IMG/VR virus record: IMGVR_UViG_3300039323_000029
DNA: 46,802 bases
Source of the DNA: a virus
Direction: 5' to 3' (one strand)
The notes beneath the pieces were generated by a model. That model saw only the letters and a program-made list of their open reading frames with translations, was not told the DNA's origin and ran no database searches. Positions 33,546 to 41,772 of the stretch are shown in pieces (position 1 is the first letter of the stretch; each line of letters begins with the position of its first letter). The position numbers and the translations under genes are program-made.

Positions 33546-33770
33546 TTAGTCATCGTGGACGAACACCTTACCCTGTTCGTAATCGTTCAGGATATACTTA
33601 GTGGTCTTTACGATAGCGTCAGCCTTAACGCCAGTTCGGGTTCCGGCAAAGACAGAACTCACTTCCGTTTTGTCGGTAATGATACCCTTTTGACGCAGTT
33701 GGTGGATAAGCCATACGAAAGACAGGCGGTGCTTCTTCAATCGTTCACGAATAGTATCAAGTTCCTCCAC
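33546..33770 (-). CDS. Cro-like small HTH protein, first gene of the early operon
   Basis: GTG 33770 preceded by AAGGAGG. LSFVWLIHQLRQKGIITDKTEVSSVF is an HTH. The track start (TTG 33830) overlaps a promoter. Confidence 0.55.
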   Translation of the reverse strand: MEELDTIRERLKKHRLSFVWLIHQLRQKGIITDKTEVSSVFAGTRTGVKADAIVKTTKYILNDYEQGKVFVHDD

Positions 33771-33811
33771 GTCCGTTCCCTCCTTTCTGTCCTTAATCTT
33801 GTAAACAATAG

Positions 33812-33840
33812 TTGACAAGAAGGAGTTCAATGGTTATAAT
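33812..33840 (+). promoter_or_regulatory. Perfect sigma70-type promoter TTGACA-17-TATAAT pointing toward the repressor/integrase
   Basis: TTGACAagaaggagttcaatggtTATAAT. Confidence 0.7.
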
Positions 33841-33890
33841 GAAGTTGCCACACTTTTATACCATTGAAAACCTACCGGGCTTAAAAATTG

Positions 33891-33906
33891 CCGCCCAGGT
33901 GGGCGG
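33891..33906. terminator. Short GC hairpin flanked by T-runs on both strands, inside the convergently transcribed region
   Basis: CCGCCC-aggt-GGGCGG. Followed by GTTTCTT on the plus strand and CAATTTTTAAG on the minus strand. Confidence 0.4.
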
Positions 33907-33945
33907 GTTTCTTGCGCCCTGTAAACAACTTTTGTTGACATACTC

Positions 33946-33974
33946 ATAATATCAAAGTCAACTTAGATTGTCAA
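33946..33974 (-). promoter_or_regulatory. Sigma70-type promoter TTGACA-17-TATTAT pointing toward the cro-like/early operon
   Basis: Minus strand TTGACAatctaagttgactttgaTATTAT. Confidence 0.65.
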
Positions 33975-34019
33975 GGGGTAATTCAAAGTTTTCTTAGAAA
34001 ATTTTAGGAGGGGTATGCC

Positions 34020-34373
34020 ATGACATTCTATGAGCGATACGAAACATTGTGTACAGAACGGGGTATGAAGCCGCAAACCCAGGAAATTCTTGATATTTTG
34101 GGGGTCACTTCGCCCACAATCTCCGGCTGGAAGAAGGGTTCCAGCCCTAAAATGGAAGCTGTCTGCTGTTTGGCACGATACTTCGGGGTAACCACAGACT
34201 ACCTTATGGGTCTAAGTGAACTTAGAACCCCCGGTATGGTATTGACAGAGGAAGAACTTCTACTGCTCAACACCTATCGCAATTCCAGCACCCAGGGACG
34301 CTTCCGTATTATTCAGGTCTGTATGAATGAAATGGATACCACTGGAAAAGGGGCAACCGTAAATGCCGGATAA
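34020..34373 (+). CDS. CI-like XRE-family repressor
   Basis: HTH QEILDILGVTSPTISGWKKG...LARYFGVTTDYLMG; AGGAGG RBS. Confidence 0.8.
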   Translation: MTFYERYETLCTERGMKPQTQEILDILGVTSPTISGWKKGSSPKMEAVCCLARYFGVTTDYLMGLSELRTPGMVLTEEELLLLNTYRNSSTQGRFRIIQVCMNEMDTTGKGATVNAG

Positions 34374-34400
34374 TTGACTTGAATGAGTGGAGGAAGAACC

Positions 34401-35984
34401 ATGTATGAAGAAATCAAAGAAGTAGCGCTGTATGTACGCTATTCCAGTGCCAACCAGACAGAACAATCCATTGAGGGACAGATACGTGTCTGCACGGACT
34501 TCTGCCAGCGTCACGGGTTCCGTATTGTTGAGATATACGCAGACCGGGCAACATCGGCCAGCAAGGATATTGAAAAGCGTGTAGAGTTCCTACGCATGAT
34601 AAAGGACTCCGAAAAGAAGAATTTTCAGGCCGTCATAGTCTACAAGCTGGACAGGTTTGCCCGCTCCCGCTATGACAGCGCCAACTACAAATACCGTCTG
34701 CGAAAGAATGGAGTACAGCTTATTTCGGCCACGGAGAATATCTCCAATGACCCAGAAGGTATTATCCTTGAGTCTGTGCTTGAGGGCATGGCAGAGTTTT
34801 ACAGCGCAGAACTCTCCCAGAAAATCAACCGTGGCATGAAGGAGTCGGCTTATAAGCATAACTCCATTGGTGGTGTCATTCCTCTGGGGTATAAATCGGA
34901 AGGAAAGAAACTGGTCATTGATGAAGAAACGGCTCCCATCGTCCGGCAGGCTTTTGAAATGTACGCAGAGGGTCATAGTGTTGCGGAGATATGCCGTCTG
35001 TTCAATGCCCGTGGGTATAAGACCTCCAAAGGTACACGGTTCGGAAAGAGTTCTTTCAGCAGAATGTTCCACAATGAGCGGTACATCGGAGTGTACCAAT
35101 ACCATGACTACCGGGCAGAGGACGCTATACCTGCCATCATTGATAAAAAGCTGTTCTATCAAGTGCAAGCCCGCATGAAATCAAATAACCGCAGTCCCGG
35201 CCAGCATAAGGCCAAACACTTCTACCTGCTGTCTGGCAAATTATACTGCGGTCACTGCGGTTCTAAGATGAACGCCAGTAGCAACACCACTTCCGGCTAC
35301 ACCTATTATGAGTGCTATGGAAAGAAAAACCTCCATGTAGACTGCCACAAGCGGAACCTGCGCCAAGACTTCATAGAGGACGTAGTAATCCGTGACGCTA
35401 TGTCATTGCTCACGGATGAAAATATTGAACAAATTGCAGAAGTAGCCATCCGTACCAACCTCCATGACGTGGAAGGTAACACAGATATTCCGGCCATCAA
35501 AGACAGACTACACGAAACAACGCTTTCCCTTTCCAACCTGGTCAAGGCTATTGAAAGTGGACTTGCCCCGGAAACACTGGTCAAGCGTATGGTGGAATTA
35601 GAGAAAGACAAAAAGACCCTGGAAGAAGAACTCAAGCGTGAGGAAAAGAAGGTCATCTATCTGGACAAGGAACAGGTCATCTTCTGGCTGGAACAGTTCA
35701 AAGGCGGGGATATTGAGGATGACGATTTCCGCAGACTGCTGGTGAACCTATTCGTCAACTCCGTTACGGTATGGGATGAAGAAGATGACCACTTCAAGGT
35801 CACCATAGCCTACAACCTTAGTTCTCTCAACGAAAAAACCTACCACCTCAAGAGAGGTGGTAGGCAGTCGGATTTCAACCTCAATGCACCAGCTTTCGGG
35901 ACAAATCCGACAATCCACGGAACCCTGCTATATCACACAACTACGTGCTGCATGAAGCGCCGGAACATCAATCAGGAAGTTTAA
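34401..35984 (+). CDS. int: Large serine recombinase (integrase)
   Basis: Resolvase domain ALYVRYSSANQ...DRFARS, recombinase domain, Cys-rich zinc ribbon CGHCGS...ECYGK, coiled-coil C-terminus. Confidence 0.9.
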   Translation: MYEEIKEVALYVRYSSANQTEQSIEGQIRVCTDFCQRHGFRIVEIYADRATSASKDIEKRVEFLRMIKDSEKKNFQAVIVYKLDRFARSRYDSANYKYRLRKNGVQLISATENISNDPEGIILESVLEGMAEFYSAELSQKINRGMKESAYKHNSIGGVIPLGYKSEGKKLVIDEETAPIVRQAFEMYAEGHSVAEICRLFNARGYKTSKGTRFGKSSFSRMFHNERYIGVYQYHDYRAEDAIPAIIDKKLFYQVQARMKSNNRSPGQHKAKHFYLLSGKLYCGHCGSKMNASSNTTSGYTYYECYGKKNLHVDCHKRNLRQDFIEDVVIRDAMSLLTDENIEQIAEVAIRTNLHDVEGNTDIPAIKDRLHETTLSLSNLVKAIESGLAPETLVKRMVELEKDKKTLEEELKREEKKVIYLDKEQVIFWLEQFKGGDIEDDDFRRLLVNLFVNSVTVWDEEDDHFKVTIAYNLSSLNEKTYHLKRGGRQSDFNLNAPAFGTNPTIHGTLLYHTTTCCMKRRNINQEV

Positions 35985-37491
35985 GGGTCTGGCCTGCGTA
36001 GATGGTGTTACTGGTCAGGTTATTCAGGGTCTTAATCTCCGGCCAGCGGCTACCGTTACCAAGGTTAGCCTTTGCGATACTCCACAGAGAGTCACCACGC
36101 TTCACCTTGTAGGTGACGTAGTTAGGCTCCTGCACAGTATCAGTGGCAACCACAGTACCGCCGCTCTCCGTAGTGATATAAGCGTCCTCAAAACCTGCGG
36201 CCTTGATACGGGCAAGCTGGGCTTCCGCATTGGCCTTGACACTGTAAGCGCCAGTCTGCACCTTATACAGATTGCCAATCTTCTTAACCAGTGCTTCAAA
36301 ACCCTTGCCCTGGATAGCTGCAAGCTGATTGCGGGCATTATCCAGTTTGGAGTATGCACCAACCTGTACACGGTACAGGCCGTCCGTAGCGGGCTTCTCC
36401 GGGGTCACAGTGGCATTGGCATACTTGTCATAGTAAGTCTTGCCGTAACCTGCACGTTTAGCCTGCGCCGCTTCGCTCTGGTCAGCAGGACGCTCATACT
36501 GGGTCATCACAGCGTTGGACGCTTCGGCCACAGAAGTAGCACCGTTGAGGGTGGTCATCAGGGACTTGTAGTTCTGCATTTCCTTCCACATGAAGTCAAG
36601 CTGCATACCCAGGTCACCGATAGACTTACCAACAGAACGGGCATATTCCAGAAGGGCTTCCTTGCGGCTCCAATACGTCCACTGTGCCAGACCGTAGCCT
36701 GCGCTATCCTTGATAAAATTGGTGTATGCTCCACTGTCTACGGCAGCAGTGTAGCCGTCATCGGTGTAGCCCAACTTCTTCTCATAGGTGTTTTGCAGGT
36801 TCGTGGGCTTGAAGCCGGACTCTGCGTAAATGTTTGCCATGATACCCGCCACAGCATAATCATTCAGCCCCTTACCCTTGAAGAAGTTCCAGATAGTGGA
36901 CGGGTTGTCCACAGACTCCACAGGAGCGGAAGGAGTCACAACCTCCGGGGTTTCAGGCTGTTCCGCAGCGGCCAGAATAGCGTTGACTCTCTCCGCAATC
37001 TCACCGTGACGGGAATACAGGTATTCACCGGGGCAAGCCTTGTTTGCAAACCAACGGTGAACGGTCATGTTCTGCTGGTCAACCTTGCCGATAAGGGACT
37101 TGTCCGCTTTCCACAGCAGACGCTTGATACCGTTGCGCTGGCAAATATCGGCTACCAGGGCAATCAGGGCTTCATACGCCTGGTCAGTCACCGCATAGGG
37201 GTGTTTGGTATCGCTGGCTACCTCAATGGTAATAGCCCTGCTGTCATTGGCACGGGAAGAAGTACACCAGGAACGGTCTTTTTCTTCCACGGACAGACCA
37301 ATGGAACCATCCTTACCCACTACGTAATTGGCAGAACACTGTCTGTCCGTAGTGGCAAAGTAGTCACAACCCTGCTTCGCAGTCCACTGGCCGACAATGC
37401 AGTGAATAGTGATGGTGTCAATCTTCTGGTTGCGGGGGCTGGTCTTGTTCTTCGTAATTCTGGTATAAGTTACCAGTGGGCTGTTACTCAT
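35968..37491 (-). CDS. Multidomain endolysin: amidase_2 (PGRP-type), central lysozyme-like region, 2 SPOR repeats, LysM
   Basis: ITIHCIVG...H..ACPG amidase pattern. YRVQVGAYSKLDNARNQL / YKVQTGAYSVKANAEAQL (SPOR). YKVKRGDSLWSIA...GQTLKLP (LysM). Confidence 0.85.
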   Translation of the reverse strand: MSNSPLVTYTRITKNKTSPRNQKIDTITIHCIVGQWTAKQGCDYFATTDRQCSANYVVGKDGSIGLSVEEKDRSWCTSSRANDSRAITIEVASDTKHPYAVTDQAYEALIALVADICQRNGIKRLLWKADKSLIGKVDQQNMTVHRWFANKACPGEYLYSRHGEIAERVNAILAAAEQPETPEVVTPSAPVESVDNPSTIWNFFKGKGLNDYAVAGIMANIYAESGFKPTNLQNTYEKKLGYTDDGYTAAVDSGAYTNFIKDSAGYGLAQWTYWSRKEALLEYARSVGKSIGDLGMQLDFMWKEMQNYKSLMTTLNGATSVAEASNAVMTQYERPADQSEAAQAKRAGYGKTYYDKYANATVTPEKPATDGLYRVQVGAYSKLDNARNQLAAIQGKGFEALVKKIGNLYKVQTGAYSVKANAEAQLARIKAAGFEDAYITTESGGTVVATDTVQEPNYVTYKVKRGDSLWSIAKANLGNGSRWPEIKTLNNLTSNTIYAGQTLKLPD

Positions 37492-37494
37492 AGC

Positions 37495-37758
37495 TTAGTC
37501 CTCCTTCGGGGAAATATAGGTCATGGCCTGCTTAGAGTCGGAGATACCCGCAGTAGTGGGGTCAGTGACGATACCCAGGATAGCCAGCACAGCGAACACG
37601 GCGTTCACCACGTCCAGCAGCTTGTTACCCAGGTCACCCAGGTCAAGGGTAAAGCCGAACACTGCGGCTACCACCTGTACCAGAAGGATGACGGCGGGGA
37701 TAATGGCAATCCAGAAATTCTTGTTCTTGATACGAACAGTCCAGTTAATGTTAGTCAT
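37495..37758 (-). CDS. Holin
   Basis: 87 aa, two hydrophobic helices, directly upstream of the endolysin. Confidence 0.75.
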   Translation of the reverse strand: MTNINWTVRIKNKNFWIAIIPAVILLVQVVAAVFGFTLDLGDLGNKLLDVVNAVFAVLAILGIVTDPTTAGISDSKQAMTYISPKED

Positions 37759-37772
37759 GGTAGTTACCTCCT

Positions 37773-37814
37773 TAAAATAGAAGGGGCTACAAGCGCCGCA
37801 GCGCTCATAGCCCC
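37773..37814 (-). terminator. Hairpin plus U-tract element with conserved flank (copy c)
   Basis: Minus strand GTCCAAT GGGGCT-...-AGCCCC TTCTATTTTA, then AGGAGG and the holin ATG. Confidence 0.5.
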
Positions 37815-37857
37815 ATTGGACTTCCGGGAACCTTTGTCCCCGGTAAATGTGTAGTTG

Positions 37858-38163
37858 TTATACGGGCGGTACAACGTGAGTGCCGTCCAGACCGTCAAGG
37901 CGGTGGTGCGCAGACTTCGTAGACTGCTCCACAATAATCAGCCTGTCCCCCAAGTCCTGAATATCGTTTCTCATGTTGCGCATATCGGACTTAATCTCAT
38001 TTACGCCGTTATTGATATTCTCCAACTTTACAATGAGGGTGGTCATTTCGGACGCTTCTTTCCTGTCATCCGTGGCCTTGTTGCGCCGCAGGCCAGCAAT
38101 GCCCACGGCTCCGGCTACACACAGGGACAGAAAAGAAATGAGAATAGGAACATCAATCTGCAT
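37858..38163 (-). CDS. Membrane-anchored coiled-coil protein
   Basis: N-terminal TM (ILISFLSLCVAGAVGIAGL) followed by heptad-like sequence. Confidence 0.5.
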   Translation of the reverse strand: MQIDVPILISFLSLCVAGAVGIAGLRRNKATDDRKEASEMTTLIVKLENINNGVNEIKSDMRNMRNDIQDLGDRLIIVEQSTKSAHHRLDGLDGTHVVPPV

Positions 38164-38193
38164 TGTGTAGTTCTCCTTTTCTGTCGTGCGACC

Positions 38194-38634
38194 TTACGCC
38201 TGGTATTCCTCCCACCCAGCAGGGTAGGCTTCGGGACTCCATACGTTTCCGTCAATGGTGGAGCGATACAGCTTGCCATTATAGCTTACAATATCGCCAG
38301 TTTCGTATGCGTCAGTGGAACCAAGGGGCTGAACCCATTCAGGGTAACCATCCTCTGTCACGCCTACGGCCTTGTACAGGCTGGTAGCGGTGTCGGGTGT
38401 CCACTGTTCCGCACTGGTATGTTCCTGCAAGACCTGATAAAGCTGGGGGTCACCCACGGCGTTCATGCCATAGGAGAACACGTCCTTCTCCTTGTAGACC
38501 ACGCCCACAGAGTAGGCGGGAAATACAGAAGGGATTTCCAACATCATGTCAAGCTGGGTGTCAGCGTCCATAGTCCCTACAAAGAACTGCAAGGCTTTAC
38601 GCATTTCCAGTGCTGCTTGAGTCATTCCGCTCAT
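38194..38634 (-). CDS. Tail-fibre-associated protein with CBM5/12-like carbohydrate-binding C-terminus
   Basis: YETGDIVSYNGKLYRSTIDGNVWSPEAYPAGWEEY. Confidence 0.55.
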   Translation of the reverse strand: MSGMTQAALEMRKALQFFVGTMDADTQLDMMLEIPSVFPAYSVGVVYKEKDVFSYGMNAVGDPQLYQVLQEHTSAEQWTPDTATSLYKAVGVTEDGYPEWVQPLGSTDAYETGDIVSYNGKLYRSTIDGNVWSPEAYPAGWEEYQA

Positions 38635-38637
38635 AGC

Positions 38638-38949
38638 TTATTCCTCCTTTCCAGTCAGCAATACGGTCATGGCCTGCTCCAACTCCGCAATCCTGCGGGC
38701 GGTAGCTTCCTCCTGCTTCTCCTTTTCGGACTTTACGCCCAGGATGAACCAGGAGCGGCCACCATCCACACGGTTACTGATAAGTACCATATCCGTGTAG
38801 GTTTCAGTGGTCTTGCCATCCGTGATAGTTACGGAAGCAAGGTTGTCCTGAAATACAGAGTCCTCAATGACCCCTTCGGCAATGTAGTTATTGCCGTTCA
38901 GTTCCAGGTTTTCCAGCTTCGTACCGTTGTTCAGGGTGATAGTGTACAT
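38638..38949 (-). CDS. Hypothetical protein (103 aa)
   Basis: ORF. Its first 62 nt overlap the 3' end of the RT ORF. Confidence 0.45.
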   Translation of the reverse strand: MYTITLNNGTKLENLELNGNNYIAEGVIEDSVFQDNLASVTITDGKTTETYTDMVLISNRVDGGRSWFILGVKSEKEKQEEATARRIAELEQAMTVLLTGKEE

Positions 38950-40144
38950 TGTGGTAGACCTCCTTCTTTAGGTTGATATAAAGCGTGTCCATGTTCTCCC
39001 GCTGTTGTTTGCTCATAATACGGTAGTGATTGCGGAACCACGAACCGTACCAATCGTCAAACTCCTTTTCGGTGAGGATATGAACCAACTTCTTCATTTT
39101 CCTTCTCATGTTCGTCAACCTCTTAGGGTTGATTTTCTGTATGACCCGGCCAGTGTCGGTCAGGGCATATTGCACTTGAAGGAACCGCCACAAGCTGGAC
39201 AGCTTGCAGATACGGGTTTTGCGGGTATTTACTGTGATACCCAGTTCGTTTGCAATGGCGATAATGCCTTGCAGTAGTTCTTCAAGGAACTCTTTGTCCT
39301 CATGGATAGCATAGGAGTCATCCATGTACCGTCCATAGAACTTTACGCCCTTGACGATTTTGACATAGTTGTCAATCGGTATAGGATAGATTATCCCAGC
39401 AACCTGCGCTACCTGGTCACCGATGTTCAAGTGCTTATACATGAACTTCTCACCAGTCAGCAGGCTCCTGTCCACGTCCTGATATTCCAGGGAGTTGAAC
39501 ACCCTATCCATGCACCCGGCGTATTCTTCATCCGTCATGTAGGATACATCGACCTTAGAACGGTCAATCACCGCACGTAGGAAGTTCAACGCCCTCTCGT
39601 CATGGACATACTTTTCAAACTGCGCCATCAGGTCATCGTGCCTGATATTGTCGTAGTATTTAGAAAAGTCTATCAGCAGGATATACCCATCATTGGAACC
39701 ATGTTGACGGTAATACCTGCGCAGGTGAGTTACCAGACGCTTCCGGGCAAAGTCTATACCTTTTCCTTTAATGCTTGCGCTATTATCGTAAATAAGGTAC
39801 TTTCTCAACGCAGGGGTCAGCACTTCATCACACAATCCATGCTTTGCCACCCGGTCATGTATCTGTTCGCCTGTAATCCTGCGTACTTTCCCTCTTTCAT
39901 GCAAGGTGAACTCCGTAGAGGGCTGAAAGATAGGGTTACCTGTCAAGTGTTCCTGCTGCAAGCCAGACAGTTCAAACAGAAGGTTCATTTCAAACCGCTG
40001 TACCTGCGGTTTCCAATCACTGCCCTGTTTGGCTCTTAGAAAACTCTCATAGAGTACATTTCCGTCAAATATCTCACGCTGATAACCTCTTTCACCATTA
40101 CTGGTACTCTCGTAAGAGTGGGTGTCGTGTTTAGTATTTACCAT
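38888..40144 (-). CDS. DGR reverse transcriptase
   Basis: YGRYMDDSY (YxDD box) and LNIGDQVAQ (DGR-type I/LGxxxSQ-like motif). Directly downstream of TR. Confidence 0.9.
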   Translation of the reverse strand: MVNTKHDTHSYESTSNGERGYQREIFDGNVLYESFLRAKQGSDWKPQVQRFEMNLLFELSGLQQEHLTGNPIFQPSTEFTLHERGKVRRITGEQIHDRVAKHGLCDEVLTPALRKYLIYDNSASIKGKGIDFARKRLVTHLRRYYRQHGSNDGYILLIDFSKYYDNIRHDDLMAQFEKYVHDERALNFLRAVIDRSKVDVSYMTDEEYAGCMDRVFNSLEYQDVDRSLLTGEKFMYKHLNIGDQVAQVAGIIYPIPIDNYVKIVKGVKFYGRYMDDSYAIHEDKEFLEELLQGIIAIANELGITVNTRKTRICKLSSLWRFLQVQYALTDTGRVIQKINPKRLTNMRRKMKKLVHILTEKEFDDWYGSWFRNHYRIMSKQQRENMDTLYINLKKEVYHNVHYHPEQRYEAGKPGTERQ

Positions 40145-40192
40145 AGTGGAGGGACAATCTCTCCTTTCTCTACCCGCAGACCGCTCAAATGG

Positions 40193-40831
40193 CTATTTAA
40201 CTGCGAAATTGAAATCGGGACGCACACCGTTAGCGTTGGAAGCGTTGTTGTAGTTCGCATTGCCGTTGTTGTTGACATTGGCAAAATTAGCAGCGGAAGT
40301 AGAGATTGCCCCGGTCTTGAATTTGTTGTCTGCTTTTCTCCAACCCTTAATCAGGTTGATTTCCGTCTGTATTGCTTCACCAAACTGCAAATAGGTGTTC
40401 ACATCAACGGGTAGGGTTTCGATAGCATACTGCAATTCCTGTGCAAGGCGGTAGCACTGGCCTATGGCTTCGTCCTGGTGTATCCTTCGCTGAATGAGTT
40501 CTTCCATGCAGGTAGGGTAGATACTGTTTGCAATGAAAACCTCTTTTGTGATTTCCCGCAGACAATCTACAATGACCTGTCTTTCGTCATAGATGAACCA
40601 ATCGTCAAAGGCTTCCCACTTCAATTTCAGTCGGTCATAACGCTCCCGCTCTGCTTCGGACAGTTCAGGATACTTCCTACCGCCAAAGTGCTTCATCAGG
40701 CGCTTTTCGGCCTTTTCGTAACTGTAACCAAAGTCACGCAGAAGCAATTCGGTTATATCTTTGCGTACCTTGTACAGGTGGTGAAATACCTCAAACTGGG
40801 ACGCTTTACGTTTGTTCTTCAATACAGACAT
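40193..40831 (-). CDS. avd: Avd-like accessory variability determinant. The ORF reads on through TR.
   Basis: Helical basic protein between VR1 and TR; IANSIYPT....RRIHQDEAIGQCYRLAQELQYA resembles four-helix-bundle Avd proteins. The last ~35 codons are TR (NVNNNGNANYNNASNANGVRPDF). Confidence 0.65.
   Translation of the reverse strand: MSVLKNKRKASQFEVFHHLYKVRKDITELLLRDFGYSYEKAEKRLMKHFGGRKYPELSEAERERYDRLKLKWEAFDDWFIYDERQVIVDCLREITKEVFIANSIYPTCMEELIQRRIHQDEAIGQCYRLAQELQYAIETLPVDVNTYLQFGEAIQTEINLIKGWRKADNKFKTGAISTSAANFANVNNNGNANYNNASNANGVRPDFNFAVK
40211..40297 (-). repeat. DGR template repeat (TR)
   Basis: Contains 24 adenines on the coding strand, mostly in AAC/AAT codons. Matches VR1 and VR2 except at adenines. 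No GC hairpin downstream of it. Confidence 0.9.
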
Positions 40832-40846
40832 AGTAGTTCTCCTTTA

Positions 40847-40869
40847 CCCCACCCCATTAAGGGGTGGGG
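40847..40869 (-). promoter_or_regulatory. GC hairpin 23 nt downstream of VR1
   Basis: CCCCACCCC-attaa-GGGGTGGGG. Confidence 0.6.
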
Positions 40870-40877
40870 ATTTCCGA

Positions 40878-41768
40878 TTAACCGATAATAGAGAAAGCGG
40901 GACGCACACCGGCAGCGAGGGAAGCGGAGTTGGAGTTCGCATTGCCGCTGTCGCCGACATAGGCAAAACGAGCAGCGGATACCACGTCACGCAGCCAGAA
41001 CCAGTTGCGGTTGGAAATCATGTCAGGCCGGAAAGCGAACAACGGGAACTGGCTCTTATCCACGGTGTACAGGGCAGGGACGGTAGAACCATCGTTACCT
41101 GCACCGAACACCTTACCGCCGTAGCAGTTCTGTTCGGTCATCAGTTCCACGGTAGAGTCATACCAGGAACCGCCAGAGGGCTTACCGTTGGTCACAGCGT
41201 TGCAAAGGTACTGTCTGTGAGTCAGCACATGGGCAGAACCAAACGCCGTATTGATGGTGGTCTTAGCCTGCTCAAGACCCTCCGTGTACATCTTACTGCC
41301 CACGTACCCACCAGTGGTGATCTTGGTGTCGTTCATCACGTGGGTGTACATATTTGCGTCAGGAACCAGAGTGACGTGGTGAGTGGTCATATCCGTGTCA
41401 CCAGCCCGCAGGTAGTAGTCAAATGCAGCGATACGGTAGGTAACACCACCGATAACCCAGTAATCACCGATGTACATATCATCAAAGGTTCCGGCCTTGA
41501 TTGCCGCAAACTGCGCAGCAGTAACGGAAGTACCCAGATTGATACCACGGTAGATAGAGTTATGAGCGCCAGCGCCGCTTGCGGTCACCTTGTCCAGAAT
41601 AGTTTTGTGGGCGGTAATCAGGTCAGCCAAGTCCTTCTTGAGCGCCCCGGCAGGTACCTTCTTGAGTCCGTTGCCGTCATGGATGAACAGCATATCGGAG
41701 TCGGCCACGGCCTGCAACGCCGTGAGGTCAGCCATCTTCTTTGCATTTTCAATGGTCAGGTTTGCCAT
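40878..41768 (-). CDS. DGR target 1: receptor-binding tail fibre protein with C-terminal variable region
   Basis: ATG 41768 with an AAGGAGG RBS. Last gene of the tail-fibre block; VR1 lies in the last ~30 codons. Confidence 0.85.
   Translation of the reverse strand: MANLTIENAKKMADLTALQAVADSDMLFIHDGNGLKKVPAGALKKDLADLITAHKTILDKVTASGAGAHNSIYRGINLGTSVTAAQFAAIKAGTFDDMYIGDYWVIGGVTYRIAAFDYYLRAGDTDMTTHHVTLVPDANMYTHVMNDTKITTGGYVGSKMYTEGLEQAKTTINTAFGSAHVLTHRQYLCNAVTNGKPSGGSWYDSTVELMTEQNCYGGKVFGAGNDGSTVPALYTVDKSQFPLFAFRPDMISNRNWFWLRDVVSAARFAYVGDSGNANSNSASLAAGVRPAFSIIG
40893..40979 (-). repeat. DGR variable repeat VR1
   Basis: 87-nt alignment to TR: 15 mismatches, all at TR adenines. Confidence 0.9.
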
Positions 41769-41772
41769 TTTC

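Larger units (their letters stand above)
38888..41768 (-). mobile_element. Diversity-generating retroelement cassette: target-VR1, hairpin, Avd, TR, RT
   Basis: See the component features; adenine-specific TR/VR mismatch pattern. Confidence 0.9.

Noticed and set aside
33934-33962. Inverted repeat GTTGAC-N17-GTCAAC as attP core
   Set aside because: It overlaps the early promoter and has only 6-bp arms, so an operator role is more likely. There is no independent evidence for attP.
40271-40276. TTGACA hexamers inside TR (and at 12377 and 12488) as possible promoters
   Set aside because: No acceptable -10 box lies at 16-18 nt spacing. In TR the hexamer is simply part of the coding repeat.
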